Counted from the first letter of the stretch, positions 47,595 to 57,762 are shown. The stretch: DNA of 64,000 nt from Thermoproteota archaeon (GCA_037917685.1 JAVCBU010000016.1:21074-85073); one strand, 5' to 3'. Made by a program: numbers and translations. Notes: generated by a model from the letters alone, not told the origin.

Positions 47595-47906
47595 TTATCC
47601 CTTCTTGAAGCCGAGTGCGAATCCAAGTATGAATCCGGCGGACAGAGGCGCTGCCTCCACTATTGCACTTGTCAGCCCTCCTATCTCGGAGACTGCTGCT
47701 GAAAACTTGTCAGCTAGCCATACGAGGAAGGCGTCGCTCTTAAAACTGATGAACCCTTTATATGAAAGATAGTAAAGGAACGCAACTATAGCTCCTGTTA
47801 GGAATAATATGATTTTCAACGCTTTTTTGATGGAATACCCCACTGAGAAGCCTATTAAAGCCCCTACTCCACCATTTACGAATATCTCAGATAGGACATC
47901 CATCAA
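47595..47906 (-). CDS. FUN14-family membrane protein
   Basis: GALIGFSVGYSIKK..YL..KGFI..GFILGFALGFKKG. Confidence 0.8.
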   Translation of the reverse strand: MMDVLSEIFVNGGVGALIGFSVGYSIKKALKIILFLTGAIVAFLYYLSYKGFISFKSDAFLVWLADKFSAAVSEIGGLTSAIVEAAPLSAGFILGFALGFKKG

Positions 47907-47985
47907 GCGATAGATTACCTCCTGGATTTATAATTATATCTAGATCCAAGAGTAACGTTTCATTTTAGAGATAAATTTATATTTG

Positions 47986-48048
47986 CGAGTTATGCCTTAA
48001 GTGTTTACATCAGATGCAGTTATAACTATTAAGTTCGAGTTATGCCTT
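47986..48048 (+). promoter_or_regulatory. 13-bp direct repeat at 50-bp spacing, each copy after a TATA-like element
   Basis: CGAGTTATGCCTT at 47986 and 48036, preceded by AAATTTATA and AACTATTAA respectively. Confidence 0.55.
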
Positions 48049-48051
48049 GGT

Positions 48052-49161
48052 ATGGTGTTCTACAAGCCAGACTATTTCTCTGCGGTTGCTAGGAATGCTT
48101 ATGTTAAGGGGAGTGTTAAGGTGGCTTTTTCAGAGCCGAACTTTGGAGATCTGGTACTTGTTAGAGTTTTAGGAGGCCGTGGAGCTTTCACATATATAGA
48201 AGATCATATGGGGGTTAAGAGGGTACTTAGACCTGGAACCGTGTTTGTAGGAGCCCTAGGCCGCAAAGAGTCAACCATCGACATTGCAGGGCATGTTCCG
48301 GAAAAGCTCAGTCCACATTGTACCCTGCACCTCCTTACTTTCGGAGGCCTTATTGGCAAGTCCTTCTCCTACAGCCGTATAGTAGGCCCGCCATTAGATG
48401 TTGAGTATTTGGGGACTCTTGTAAAGGACGGTCGAGTCCAAAACCTTGTAGACTTCAAGAAGGTTGATTGGCGTGATAAGATAGGTACCGTTCCACCTCT
48501 TGTTATTGTGATTGGTACCTCTGCTGGTAGTGGTAAGACTACTGCCGCGGCGAACATTATCAGGGGGGCTATCAAACATGGATATAGGGTTTCAGCTGTT
48601 AAGCCGACAGGTGTAGGGGCCCTCAGGGATCTGAGGGCGCTAAAATCTGCAGGTGCTAGGCCAGCCTTAGACTTCGTTGATGCGGGTCTACCGTCGACCT
48701 ACGTTGATAGGAAAACACTCTTGAAGGTTGCGAAAGGTCTCATATACGAGGCGGCTTTGTCTAAGCCTGACTTCATAGTGGTCGAGTTCGGTGGGAGCAT
48801 ATGTGGATATAAGAGTGTTGCTCCTATTTTATCGGATCCAGAGATATCCGGAAGCTTGGGCTCAATAATTTTATCAGCTGGGGATGTTACAGCAGCGTTT
48901 GGAGGGGTTACAATAGCAAGGCTTCACTATGCCTTGGATATAGACCTTGTTGTCGGCCCTGCAACTGATACAGAGATAGGTAGGATGATAGTTGGGAGAC
49001 TTACCGGGGTTAGAGCATTTAACCTTTACACTGACAAGCAGGTAACCAAGGAGTTCATCGAGTACTTAATAAGACGTAGGCCTAGAACTGCAAGGTTAAG
49101 CCCGCTATTCCAGAGGCTATCAAAAGAGGTCTACGTATCTGAAGTTAAGAATACACCTTAA
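48052..49161 (+). CDS. DUF1611-like P-loop protein, paralog 1
   Basis: GDLVLVRV, GTSAGSGKTT, KPTGVG..D, LDFVDAGLPST, IVVEFG; start ATG 48052. Confidence 0.7.
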   Translation: MVFYKPDYFSAVARNAYVKGSVKVAFSEPNFGDLVLVRVLGGRGAFTYIEDHMGVKRVLRPGTVFVGALGRKESTIDIAGHVPEKLSPHCTLHLLTFGGLIGKSFSYSRIVGPPLDVEYLGTLVKDGRVQNLVDFKKVDWRDKIGTVPPLVIVIGTSAGSGKTTAAANIIRGAIKHGYRVSAVKPTGVGALRDLRALKSAGARPALDFVDAGLPSTYVDRKTLLKVAKGLIYEAALSKPDFIVVEFGGSICGYKSVAPILSDPEISGSLGSIILSAGDVTAAFGGVTIARLHYALDIDLVVGPATDTEIGRMIVGRLTGVRAFNLYTDKQVTKEFIEYLIRRRPRTARLSPLFQRLSKEVYVSEVKNTP

Positions 49162-49345
49162 AATTTAGTAGATCTTGAAACGTTAAGGCCGAATGACTAT
49201 TGGTCTTAAAACTTTAATTTTACATGGTAACCTCAAGGCTACACAAAAGATTTTTCGTGCGCGTAAGGTTTAGAAAATTAATGGTGAGGCTTTACTGTGT
49301 GTATTGGTGGATTAACTTTTTCAATTATTTTCGTTAACTTATATT

Positions 49346-50404
49346 GTGGCTGGTTACGAGTTTGTGAAAATAGACAAGCAATCATCTGTCACTCACCGCG
49401 TAAATCTCGAAGAAATAGCTGACTTTGAAGAGGTTGTAGGCGTAGAGGGAGATGTTGTACTCGTTAGGGCTTTAAGAAGCTTCGGCGCAGTTGACTCGAT
49501 AGAAACACCTCAAGGGAGGCTTGCAAAGATAAGAAAGGGAGATAATATTCTAGCAGTATTAGGTAATAGAGAGGCGACTAAAGCTATTGTTGGAGGAATC
49601 CCGAGGGATGGAATCCTGGTGTCCAGCAGGGTGGTACTTCACCTTTTAAACGCGGGCGGGGTTGTTGGCATGGTTGAATCCTTCAAAGTAGCGTTAGGCT
49701 CGCCTCTAACCCTGGAGCCCCTGGGCGTGGCTGTGAGGAGTGACGGTTCCAAAGTGAATATTAGAGACTACGGTATTAGCTGGGCTGACAAACTTGAGAG
49801 GTCAGCCCCTCTAGTTATGATTGTTTCGTCCTCCATGGAGTGTGGAAAAACCACTACGGCTGTGGAGCTCATAAACTGCTTCACTAGGATTCACAAGCTA
49901 AGGGTATGTGCATGCAAACTTACAGGGGTTGGAAGGCTTAAGGATACTCTGTTTATGGAGGACGCAGGCGCGGTGGAAGCCCTAAGCTTTGTAGACGCCG
50001 GGCTTCCATCCACAGTGACGGAGAAGAGCAAGATAGTAGCTGCGGCAATGGGAATACTGAACCATCTTAATGAGAAGAATCCTGACGTAATAATAGTGGA
50101 GCTTGGTGACAGCATTGTTGGCTGTGGGGTTCCCTATATTCTCCACGATAAGCATATTATGTCCAACGTGAGAGCTCTTATTTTGTCAGCCATGGACGAA
50201 CTTTCAGCGTATGGCTCAGTAAAATATCTTAAGGAAACCTATAACCTTACCCCTATAGCCGTAACTGGTCCTGCTACAGACAACCAGGCTGGTATGAGCA
50301 GGATTCAAAGGCTGACAGGAGTTAAGGGGATAAACATGCTGAAGGGAACAGGTCCAGAGCTCCTTGCAGGCCTTATCCTTGAAAAACTTAAAGATAAGGT
50401 GTGA
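49346..50404 (+). CDS. DUF1611-like P-loop protein, paralog 2
   Basis: GDVVLVR, SSMECGKTT, KLTGVG..D, FVDAGLPST, IIVELGD, GPATD. Confidence 0.7.
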   Translation: MAGYEFVKIDKQSSVTHRVNLEEIADFEEVVGVEGDVVLVRALRSFGAVDSIETPQGRLAKIRKGDNILAVLGNREATKAIVGGIPRDGILVSSRVVLHLLNAGGVVGMVESFKVALGSPLTLEPLGVAVRSDGSKVNIRDYGISWADKLERSAPLVMIVSSSMECGKTTTAVELINCFTRIHKLRVCACKLTGVGRLKDTLFMEDAGAVEALSFVDAGLPSTVTEKSKIVAAAMGILNHLNEKNPDVIIVELGDSIVGCGVPYILHDKHIMSNVRALILSAMDELSAYGSVKYLKETYNLTPIAVTGPATDNQAGMSRIQRLTGVKGINMLKGTGPELLAGLILEKLKDKV

Positions 50405-50536
50405 AGCGCTCTTCACAGGCTACGATAGACCTCATAGCCAGGTAATACCATGGGATTTCATGCAGATAAGCTAGCTCCATGTTGTCTTCAAATCCTAAAT
50501 ATTACAAATATCTCCATATGAGATCACCCTTTAAAC

Positions 50537-51367
50537 CTACCTTTTGATAATTCTCCTAGCATATTCTACGATTTTTCTTGCCGGGTTCGTCCCCGTTGCC
50601 TCCATTAGCCCTCGGAAAAGAGGGGTGGGATTAACTTCCAGTATGTAAAGCTCGCCTTCAGACCATATCAGGTCAACGCCTGCAATGTCAAGCTTTAACG
50701 CCGCTGCAGCCTTCAAGCTCTTCTCAGCCTCTTCGCTGTTCAGCTTGTAGCTTTCAGCCTTCCCTCCGAGAGATATGTTTGTCCTCCAATCCCCCGCCCT
50801 TGGAACCCTTTTGATGGCTCCTACAATCTCTCCGCCGACAGTCAGAACCCTCAGGTCCCATCCCGAACCCTTAAGGTATCTCTGGGCGATGAATGGTATG
50901 CCTGCAGCCTCGTACAGGCTTGCAGCCTGCATTGCTTGCAGCCCATCTTCAGCCTTAAAGATCCCAACCCCTTTACCACCTACAGCAGGCTTTAAAACAA
51001 TCGGGAATTCAAGCCTGTTAAGAGCTGACTCGAGATGCACAGCCTTATATAACAAGAAGGATTCTGGAACTCTAAGACCAGCATTCTCTAGGTATAGATA
51101 TGTCAGGAACTTGTTCTGAGATATGTACACCTGCCAGGGGCCATTTACAACCGGTATTCCCCTTGCACGGTACCATTCGAGGATACAGATACCCGGATTC
51201 AAATATGGCCTTTCAACTCTTGAAACTGCCACACTAGCCTCATAATCCACTGGTAGCATGCTCATGACTGGGTTTATACGCCTTGGGTGGAAGCCGGCAG
51301 TCCTCGCCTCCTTGAGGATGAGCTTGTTTTCATAGTAGGATTTCCCTGCAATAAGATGGAACTCCAC
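50537..51367 (-). CDS. RimK/LysX-family ATP-grasp ligase
   Basis: NKFLT, VLKP..G.KG.G, DLRV, WRTNISLGG, GVDL, LEVN. Confidence 0.9.
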   Translation of the reverse strand: MEFHLIAGKSYYENKLILKEARTAGFHPRRINPVMSMLPVDYEASVAVSRVERPYLNPGICILEWYRARGIPVVNGPWQVYISQNKFLTYLYLENAGLRVPESFLLYKAVHLESALNRLEFPIVLKPAVGGKGVGIFKAEDGLQAMQAASLYEAAGIPFIAQRYLKGSGWDLRVLTVGGEIVGAIKRVPRAGDWRTNISLGGKAESYKLNSEEAEKSLKAAAALKLDIAGVDLIWSEGELYILEVNPTPLFRGLMEATGTNPARKIVEYARRIIKR

Positions 51368-51447
51368 GTGTATCAGACTGGCTTTTGAAATTTAAATCTC
51401 AACATTTCAGACCCCAAATATTTAAGTATTTGAAGATAAGTTTTCGT

Positions 51448-52533
51448 ATGGCCTATATTAATAAACTCAGGGAGGAGCTGCCCAGAATCGTTGTCTATGC
51501 ACTTCTAGGCTTCGCTGTAAGAATATTCTCAGATGCGCTTCATCTTCCAGGATACTATGACAGCCTGGGGGCTCTGGCGGCCTCAGCTTCCCGTCCGCTA
51601 AACGGTTTAATAGCTGCAGTCATAACCGGCGCATTTCTCTATCCGTACTACCAGGTATACCTTCTTGGATGGATCCCGGCGGCCCTAGCATCGGTAGGTT
51701 TTGCGTATCTAAGGAGGAGGGGAACCCCGATACTTGGGGCTGCATTTGCATCCATCCTGTACGTGTTTGGATGGGATGTAGTCTACTGCTTTATAACCGG
51801 GACTTGGAGAATGTTCAGAAGCTACCTTGCAACCAGGGGAGCCCTAATACTGATGTTGGATGTTTACGCATGTTCAACCGTCGCGGAAGCTCTCAACCTA
51901 AATATATGGGGTAAGCTAACAGGCAAGAAGCTTCTAGCAATCGGTCTACTTTCGGTTGCCCTTGGAGCCTCATCATGGGCCTCCGTTAGGGGGAACGAAT
52001 GGTCCGTAACAGGCTCTTTCCCCGAGCATAAGGGATGGCTTAAATTCCACAGCAAAATGGATATTGTGTGGATATGGATGGGCGGGAAGGGAATAAACAA
52101 CTACTATTACCCGGAGGACCGGTTTACAAAGGGATCAATAGGATATCAGGTTTGGGTTGGGATGTACTGGGTTCAAGGGTGGAACGATGTGAGAGATGTC
52201 GCCCTTGTAAGCAGGTTCGCGGTTTGGGACCAGAACTTCTGGAACTCGGTTCACGGTGTAAAAGCACCCTATACCTATGTGGACAATGTTCTAAACATCA
52301 CCGAAATCGAGTTCTGGGGTCACAAAGCCTATCTAATGTATGGGGGTATGGTGACACAGTCGGATGTAAAGCCCTATGAGGAAGTTGAGCTTCAAGGATT
52401 CTTTATAACATTCTACGATGAGGATAAGGACAGGACGGCCATAATATACGCATGCTCTATAAGAGAAGTATTCCCGGAGGCTAAAGACACACTCTGGAGA
52501 TTAGTAAACTCTTGGAGGCCCCAGGGAGGGTAG
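51448..52533 (+). CDS. Membrane protein, about 6 TM plus a Trp/Tyr-rich C-terminal soluble domain
   Basis: LHLPGYYDSLG S-component-like start; ATG 51448 after TTTAAG. Confidence 0.65.
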   Translation: MAYINKLREELPRIVVYALLGFAVRIFSDALHLPGYYDSLGALAASASRPLNGLIAAVITGAFLYPYYQVYLLGWIPAALASVGFAYLRRRGTPILGAAFASILYVFGWDVVYCFITGTWRMFRSYLATRGALILMLDVYACSTVAEALNLNIWGKLTGKKLLAIGLLSVALGASSWASVRGNEWSVTGSFPEHKGWLKFHSKMDIVWIWMGGKGINNYYYPEDRFTKGSIGYQVWVGMYWVQGWNDVRDVALVSRFAVWDQNFWNSVHGVKAPYTYVDNVLNITEIEFWGHKAYLMYGGMVTQSDVKPYEEVELQGFFITFYDEDKDRTAIIYACSIREVFPEAKDTLWRLVNSWRPQGG

Positions 52534-52665
52534 GAGAAATGACAGTCAGCAGATCCCTCCTATTATTTTGTCCCTCAGAAAGACACCTTTTAATTGTTAG
52601 AGTGTTGTAAAATACGAGTTATCATTGTGGGCAGTGGTGTTCTTAAATTATCCCCTGAAGTTTAA

Positions 52666-53553
52666 TTGTTAATGGTTTCCATAGGAATCCTTACCCGAAA
52701 CCCTTCAAGCTATAGTTCTGCAAGCCTTCTTAGCGCTTTCAGGAAGCTTGGTGTCAGGGGGGTACCTTTAAGGTTCCGTAGATTTACTGCAAGAGTAGGC
52801 TTTAAGCCTTACATTGTTATTGATGGGGTTGACGTGCTATCCGAGACAGACCTGCTGCTTGTTAGGCCGATAGGTAAGGACACCCTGGATAAGATTATAT
52901 TTAGAATGGATGTGCTGTACAGGCTTTCAAGGCTTGGATTGCCTGTTGTGAACGATCCCAATACGATTGAAAAATGTGTTGACAAGTATAGGGTTTTAAC
53001 GATCCTCGAGGAGGCAGGCCTACCAGTACCTCGCACTGTGGTTTCGGAGTCTATACCTCCATGTCTCGAGGCAGTATCCTCATTCGGCCAAGCCGTTCTT
53101 AAACCAATATTTGGCTCAAGGGGGCTTGGTGTAGCCAGGCTGGTTGATGTTGAAGCCTCGAGAACGATATTCCGTGGACTCCAGGTTGCAGGCACAGTTA
53201 TCTATGTCCAAGAATACGTAGAGCATGGGACGCATGACTACAGGGTGCTCGTCGTGGGTGGAAGGATTGTGGGAGCTATGAAGAGGGTCTCAGACGGGTG
53301 GAAGACAAACATCACGCAGGGCGCCAGAGCTGAGGCTATAAGACTTGACGAGGAGACGGCTGAGCTGGCTTTAAAGGCGTGTGAGGCTCTGGGATGCGAG
53401 ATTGCTGGTGTTGACATTCTCATGAACCCGGAGGGGGAGCCCTACATTACAGAGGTCAACAGTCAGCCGGGTTGGAGGGGCCTCCAATCTGTAACCAGCA
53501 AGGACATCGCCATGGAAATAGCTAAGTACCTGGTTTCGAAGGCCAGGAAATAG
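52666..53553 (+). CDS. RimK-family ATP-grasp ligase, tetrahydromethanopterin:glutamate ligase-like
   Basis: VRPIG..LD.IIFRMD, CVDKY, LKPIFGSRGLG, WKTNITQG, EVNSQPGW. Confidence 0.85.
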   Translation: MLMVSIGILTRNPSSYSSASLLSAFRKLGVRGVPLRFRRFTARVGFKPYIVIDGVDVLSETDLLLVRPIGKDTLDKIIFRMDVLYRLSRLGLPVVNDPNTIEKCVDKYRVLTILEEAGLPVPRTVVSESIPPCLEAVSSFGQAVLKPIFGSRGLGVARLVDVEASRTIFRGLQVAGTVIYVQEYVEHGTHDYRVLVVGGRIVGAMKRVSDGWKTNITQGARAEAIRLDEETAELALKACEALGCEIAGVDILMNPEGEPYITEVNSQPGWRGLQSVTSKDIAMEIAKYLVSKARK

Positions 53554-53721
53554 TATCTTTACAGATCTGTCAGGGCATAGCCTTGCTGTGTTTCCCTGCT
53601 GTGTTTTGAATGTGTCCTATGTATCTCCTAGCTGTATGGAGGCTGATAGGTGTTTCCCTGGTTTCAGCTGTTTCCATTATAAGGGTAAAAAATTTATCTA
53701 AAGGGATTACTTGGATGTGCT

Positions 53722-54936
53722 GTGGAGGTCCTGGTTCAGCTGGGTTTTGTGTTGACTGTGGGTTTCGTGGTTGCTAAACTGTTTAGGCTTGTGGGGATCC
53801 CCCAGGTTGTTGGATTTATTGCTGCGGGGGTTTTGCTTGGTAAGACAGGGTTTGGATTCCTAGATGAGAGTTTTATTTCAACCTTTCAGCCCCTGGTTGT
53901 TCTGTCTCTTGGGATTATAGGTTTTAACATTGGTAGAGAGCTTAATTTTAACATGTTGCGGCAGATGGGTTCTAAGCTCCTGATAGTGCTTCTCTCAGAG
54001 GTTCTCGGCGCTTTCACTCTTGTCTGCGGCTCAATATACCTTATAACAGGAGAACCTGAGCTTTCCATCCTGCTTGGTGCTTTAGCCTCTGCTACGGCCC
54101 CAGCTGCCACCGTGGACGTGCTCTGGGAATTTGGGGCTAAGGGAAGCTTGACTCAAACCTTGCTGTTTATACTGGCTCTTGACGATGTTGTAGCTATTAT
54201 CCTCTCAAGCTTTGCCATAGCCTATGCTCAGCTGCGGCTTGCTGGAAATGTTATTTCTATAACAGAGATCCTGGGTGTACCTCTACTTGAGATCGCAGGC
54301 TCCGGACTACTTGGATTGGCCCTGGGATTCGGACTTTCAAACCTGTACAGGCTTAAACATACGAGGGGGGATACAGTGGTGTTAACTCTTGCAAGCGTCC
54401 TCTTCTGCTCTGGGGTTGCGGAGTATCTAGGTTTGTCGCCGATTCTTTCAAACATTATTCTGGGGGCTGCCTTTTGCCACCTTACATGTGGTGCTGACGC
54501 GAGGGTTTTGGAGGAGACTGAGGACGCTGTTTTCCCGCTGATAATATGGCTATTTATACTTATAGGGGCAAGCATGGATGTTAGGGTGGCTGCAGGATTT
54601 ATTCCAGCATCGATAATATACTTTGTTTCAAGGTCTGCTGGGAAAACCTTTGGCTCCATGTTCGGGGCGACGCTTGCAGAGATGGAGGATAAAGTAAGGA
54701 GGTATCTTGGCTTTTGCCTATTCTCCCAGGCCGGTGTGACCCTGGGGCTGGCCTTTAAGATATACTACATGTTCCATGCTGTGGGGGCTCCGGCGTCCAC
54801 AGTTGGAACCGCACTCTTAAACATTGTTGTGGCTGGAACATTCCTTACACAGTTTATAGGCCCTATAATGGTTAAATATGCGATTTTTAAGGCTGGAGAG
54901 GCTACATTGAACGGGCCGGAAGCCCGGGAATCCTGA
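53722..54936 (+). CDS. Cation:proton antiporter (CPA family)
   Basis: About 12 TM; ASATAPAA, ALDD, SQAGV. Confidence 0.88.
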   Translation: MEVLVQLGFVLTVGFVVAKLFRLVGIPQVVGFIAAGVLLGKTGFGFLDESFISTFQPLVVLSLGIIGFNIGRELNFNMLRQMGSKLLIVLLSEVLGAFTLVCGSIYLITGEPELSILLGALASATAPAATVDVLWEFGAKGSLTQTLLFILALDDVVAIILSSFAIAYAQLRLAGNVISITEILGVPLLEIAGSGLLGLALGFGLSNLYRLKHTRGDTVVLTLASVLFCSGVAEYLGLSPILSNIILGAAFCHLTCGADARVLEETEDAVFPLIIWLFILIGASMDVRVAAGFIPASIIYFVSRSAGKTFGSMFGATLAEMEDKVRRYLGFCLFSQAGVTLGLAFKIYYMFHAVGAPASTVGTALLNIVVAGTFLTQFIGPIMVKYAIFKAGEATLNGPEARES

Positions 54937-55810
54937 TGCTCAAACACTCCATTTTAGAGTACTCCTCGGCTGCTTTAGCAGAATATTCGACTGACCTTTT
55001 AATAGTGTACCCGTCTAAAAGCTTTTTGATCAGGGTGGCTGCGAAGAAATCTCCTACGCCTATTACATTGCCACCTTTAAACCTAGGCTTAAAGGAGGAA
55101 ACATAAGTGTGGGTGTATAGTTTAGGCCCCTCCTTAGAGGTAACTATCACAGCTTCACATCTATCCTTTAATAGAGCGTCAGGGCTTTCAATTCCCACAG
55201 CATTCGATAGAGCTTTCCAACTTGGCCTGTTCATTATGCAGATGTTAAACTTGGGCATTAACTCCATCGTTTCAAAGGGCTTTCTCTGGAAAAATGGGTA
55301 TCCGGGTCTATAAACTGTTATAACATTATGCTTGGAGGCTTTTTCACCTATAACTCTGGCTACCTCTAAATAAACTCCACCTATGTAGATAAGCCTTGAA
55401 ACCTCTATTAGAGAGGTTTCAACCTCATTCACGTTTGAAATTGTTAAAGCGACATTCGGCTTCAACAGGGGGATAGTGTTCTTGAAACCTTTACAGTCGG
55501 TGAGAACGATCGTTCTAAGAGTCTCAGATTCATCCTCTATAACGGGGAAAATCTTGATATTTGCAGATCTTAGCCTGTTAAGAATCTTTGATCCGTAGGG
55601 GTCACCAGCTAGCTTGAAGTTGAACCCCACTCTTAGGCCGTATTGGGATAGGAATAGTGAGACGTTGAGACTCATTCCTCCGGGTCTTTCAACCAGTTTT
55701 TTGGGGATAACAGATTCATCATCCCCTGGAATCCTGTTGATAACAACAATAATATCCCATGCAGCTTCACCGTACACTGTAACGTCCAGTGAATCTTCGG
55801 GTAGCTTCAA
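54902..55810 (-). CDS. PfkB-family carbohydrate kinase
   Basis: PGGMSLNV, D.YG, C-terminal NVIGVGDFF. Confidence 0.8.
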   Translation of the reverse strand: MKLPEDSLDVTVYGEAAWDIIVVINRIPGDDESVIPKKLVERPGGMSLNVSLFLSQYGLRVGFNFKLAGDPYGSKILNRLRSANIKIFPVIEDESETLRTIVLTDCKGFKNTIPLLKPNVALTISNVNEVETSLIEVSRLIYIGGVYLEVARVIGEKASKHNVITVYRPGYPFFQRKPFETMELMPKFNICIMNRPSWKALSNAVGIESPDALLKDRCEAVIVTSKEGPKLYTHTYVSSFKPRFKGGNVIGVGDFFAATLIKKLLDGYTIKRSVEYSAKAAEEYSKMECLSIRIPGLPARSM

Positions 55811-55876
55811 ATAGCACCACTCCCTTGTAAAGTACTATTTTAAGATGAGTGTTGGGCGGTAATGCTTCTATGATGG

Positions 55877-56602
55877 TTAGCTTTCCCGTTTAGACGGTAG
55901 CCAGCCTATATTTCTTAATGCCATTACGATGGGTATTGTAATCAGGCCTCCTATAAATGCCATGGCCAGTCTTTCGATGCCATGGGTTAAACCTACTATT
56001 ATGTAGAAGTTTCTTGTCGCCTCTGTTGTCAATCCAAATATGCCTTCATGTACAGCTTTGAAGGCGAAAATATCACATCCAAGGATGTGGTCTGCTTCTA
56101 CGCCTGCGAATGCTATTGTAAAGTAGGTTGCTGATCTGTATCCCCTCCTTTCTAAGAATCCCGATACAGGTATTAATGCTAAGGCTATAGCCTTGTCCCA
56201 GAGTGTTAAAGCAGCAACATTAAGGTTTTCCCCTATGGGCGTACATATCGGGGTTGCAAGGAAGAGAAGAGATAAGGCGGCAATTATGGCCATTGAATAC
56301 TTTCCCTTTCCTCTGTATATTAAACCAGAGACAACGGCGTTTAGAGTTGAGTTTAAAAGGAAGATTAGCCCTGCAGGCCCAGGTGAGCCTGGTGGAAGTA
56401 TGAAGGATACTATTGTCCCAGCGAGTGTAGCTAACCCCCCGATCCACGGCCCTAAGGCTATGCCGTACACCGAGCCTAGGCTGGCCTCTAGCTGTATCTT
56501 ACCCTGTGGGATCCCAACAATTGGTATACCAGGCAGAATCGAAGCTACATAATACATGGCAGCAAATATCGAAATCAGAGCTATAACTCTAGAGGTTGCC
56601 AC
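55877..56602 (-). CDS. ECF transporter S-component-like membrane protein
   Basis: VIALISIFAAMY..GIALGPWIG; similar architecture to 7061-7774. Confidence 0.65.
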   Translation of the reverse strand: MATSRVIALISIFAAMYYVASILPGIPIVGIPQGKIQLEASLGSVYGIALGPWIGGLATLAGTIVSFILPPGSPGPAGLIFLLNSTLNAVVSGLIYRGKGKYSMAIIAALSLLFLATPICTPIGENLNVAALTLWDKAIALALIPVSGFLERRGYRSATYFTIAFAGVEADHILGCDIFAFKAVHEGIFGLTTEATRNFYIIVGLTHGIERLAMAFIGGLITIPIVMALRNIGWLPSKRES

Positions 56603-56634
56603 ACCACCTACTTGATTCAGCTTTAATAAAATAT

Positions 56635-57660
56635 CTATTCCCTTAATATGTAATATTTCCTTCCCTTACCCTTGCCGCCTCCCACATTTATCAAGCCTTG
56701 TGCCACCAGCCCGTCGATGACCGCTTGAAGATTGGGATAAGATGGTACAAGTTTATATCTGAGATAAAGGTCGACTCTTATCCCGGATACATCTCTTGGT
56801 ACGCCGTCGGAAAGTACCTCTAAAACAGCGTTTCTAAGCTTCGTATGGCTCTCATAGTCCACAGGGTAACGCTCAACTTCTGTTTCACCCCCGACTCTGA
56901 GGGGGACTTCCAGGAATATTTTTTCACCTTCGAAGTGGCATGTAACTCTAAGTGATGTCTCAACCTTAGATATCCAACCGGTGAAGGTTGAGGCCTGCCT
57001 GGGGATCTCGAAGTAGAGCGGGAACGTAATACCTGGTGTGAAGCTATTTTTTTCAACCACCTTTACTGGTTTTGTCCTTCTTTCAACCTCCGCATCAAAA
57101 CTCTTACATGAGACGGTTTCCTTAACAACGATCTGAGCCGTAATATACTCTGGAACCACGCCCTCACCGACCATGAGAGATGACTCCACAAGACCTCCAG
57201 CCTTAGCGGATCTCTCAGGTATGGAGAGAAGCATCGCTATCTTCGACCCCGGCTTCGTTGAAACTTCTGCGGATCCGGAGCCATAAACCTTGTTATATAC
57301 TTCAAACTCAGCTCTACACCTAACATCGGGGAGGAGCAGTCTCCGAAGCACGGCTTCAACGAACCAGTCCACATCAATTATACTCCCCCTATAGGTTGGA
57401 GGACAGTCTTCTGGGACTGTAAATGAAAAAATGTAAGACTTAGCCTTCTCGGAAGACACGTTTATCTTCCTATGAGTAATATTTACCGGTTTTTCAAGTA
57501 TGAACCTCTTATCTTGGTGTCTAGCTGTCTCCCTACATACAAGTTTCAGGGAAAGCTTTCCAGAGAGACCTCTAAGTCCAGGCTTTACAACTACTTTTCC
57601 TGAAAGTGTTGAGCCTGAGGAGACCCGCCTTTCATTAAGTATGATTTCTATCGATGTCAA
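56635..57660 (-). CDS. Tandem arrestin/Spo0M-like beta-sandwich protein with C-terminal winged helix
   Basis: SGKV.V..L.L.C.E..Y.FSFTVP..PPTY.G....V.W, a second copy FPLYFEIP..STFTG, and a C-terminal AVLEVL..L...GLI..G..Y pattern. Confidence 0.6.
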   Translation of the reverse strand: MTSIEIILNERRVSSGSTLSGKVVVKPGLRGLSGKLSLKLVCRETARHQDKRFILEKPVNITHRKINVSSEKAKSYIFSFTVPEDCPPTYRGSIIDVDWFVEAVLRRLLLPDVRCRAEFEVYNKVYGSGSAEVSTKPGSKIAMLLSIPERSAKAGGLVESSLMVGEGVVPEYITAQIVVKETVSCKSFDAEVERRTKPVKVVEKNSFTPGITFPLYFEIPRQASTFTGWISKVETSLRVTCHFEGEKIFLEVPLRVGGETEVERYPVDYESHTKLRNAVLEVLSDGVPRDVSGIRVDLYLRYKLVPSYPNLQAVIDGLVAQGLINVGGGKGKGRKYYILRE

Positions 57661-57762
57661 TCAAAGCATTATAACCCTGAGCTAAATAAAACTTTTAGAT
57701 GCCCAGCCTCAAGAGTTAATAATTATAATTAAGTCTCCCCGTTAAATATTTAATGGGGAGAA

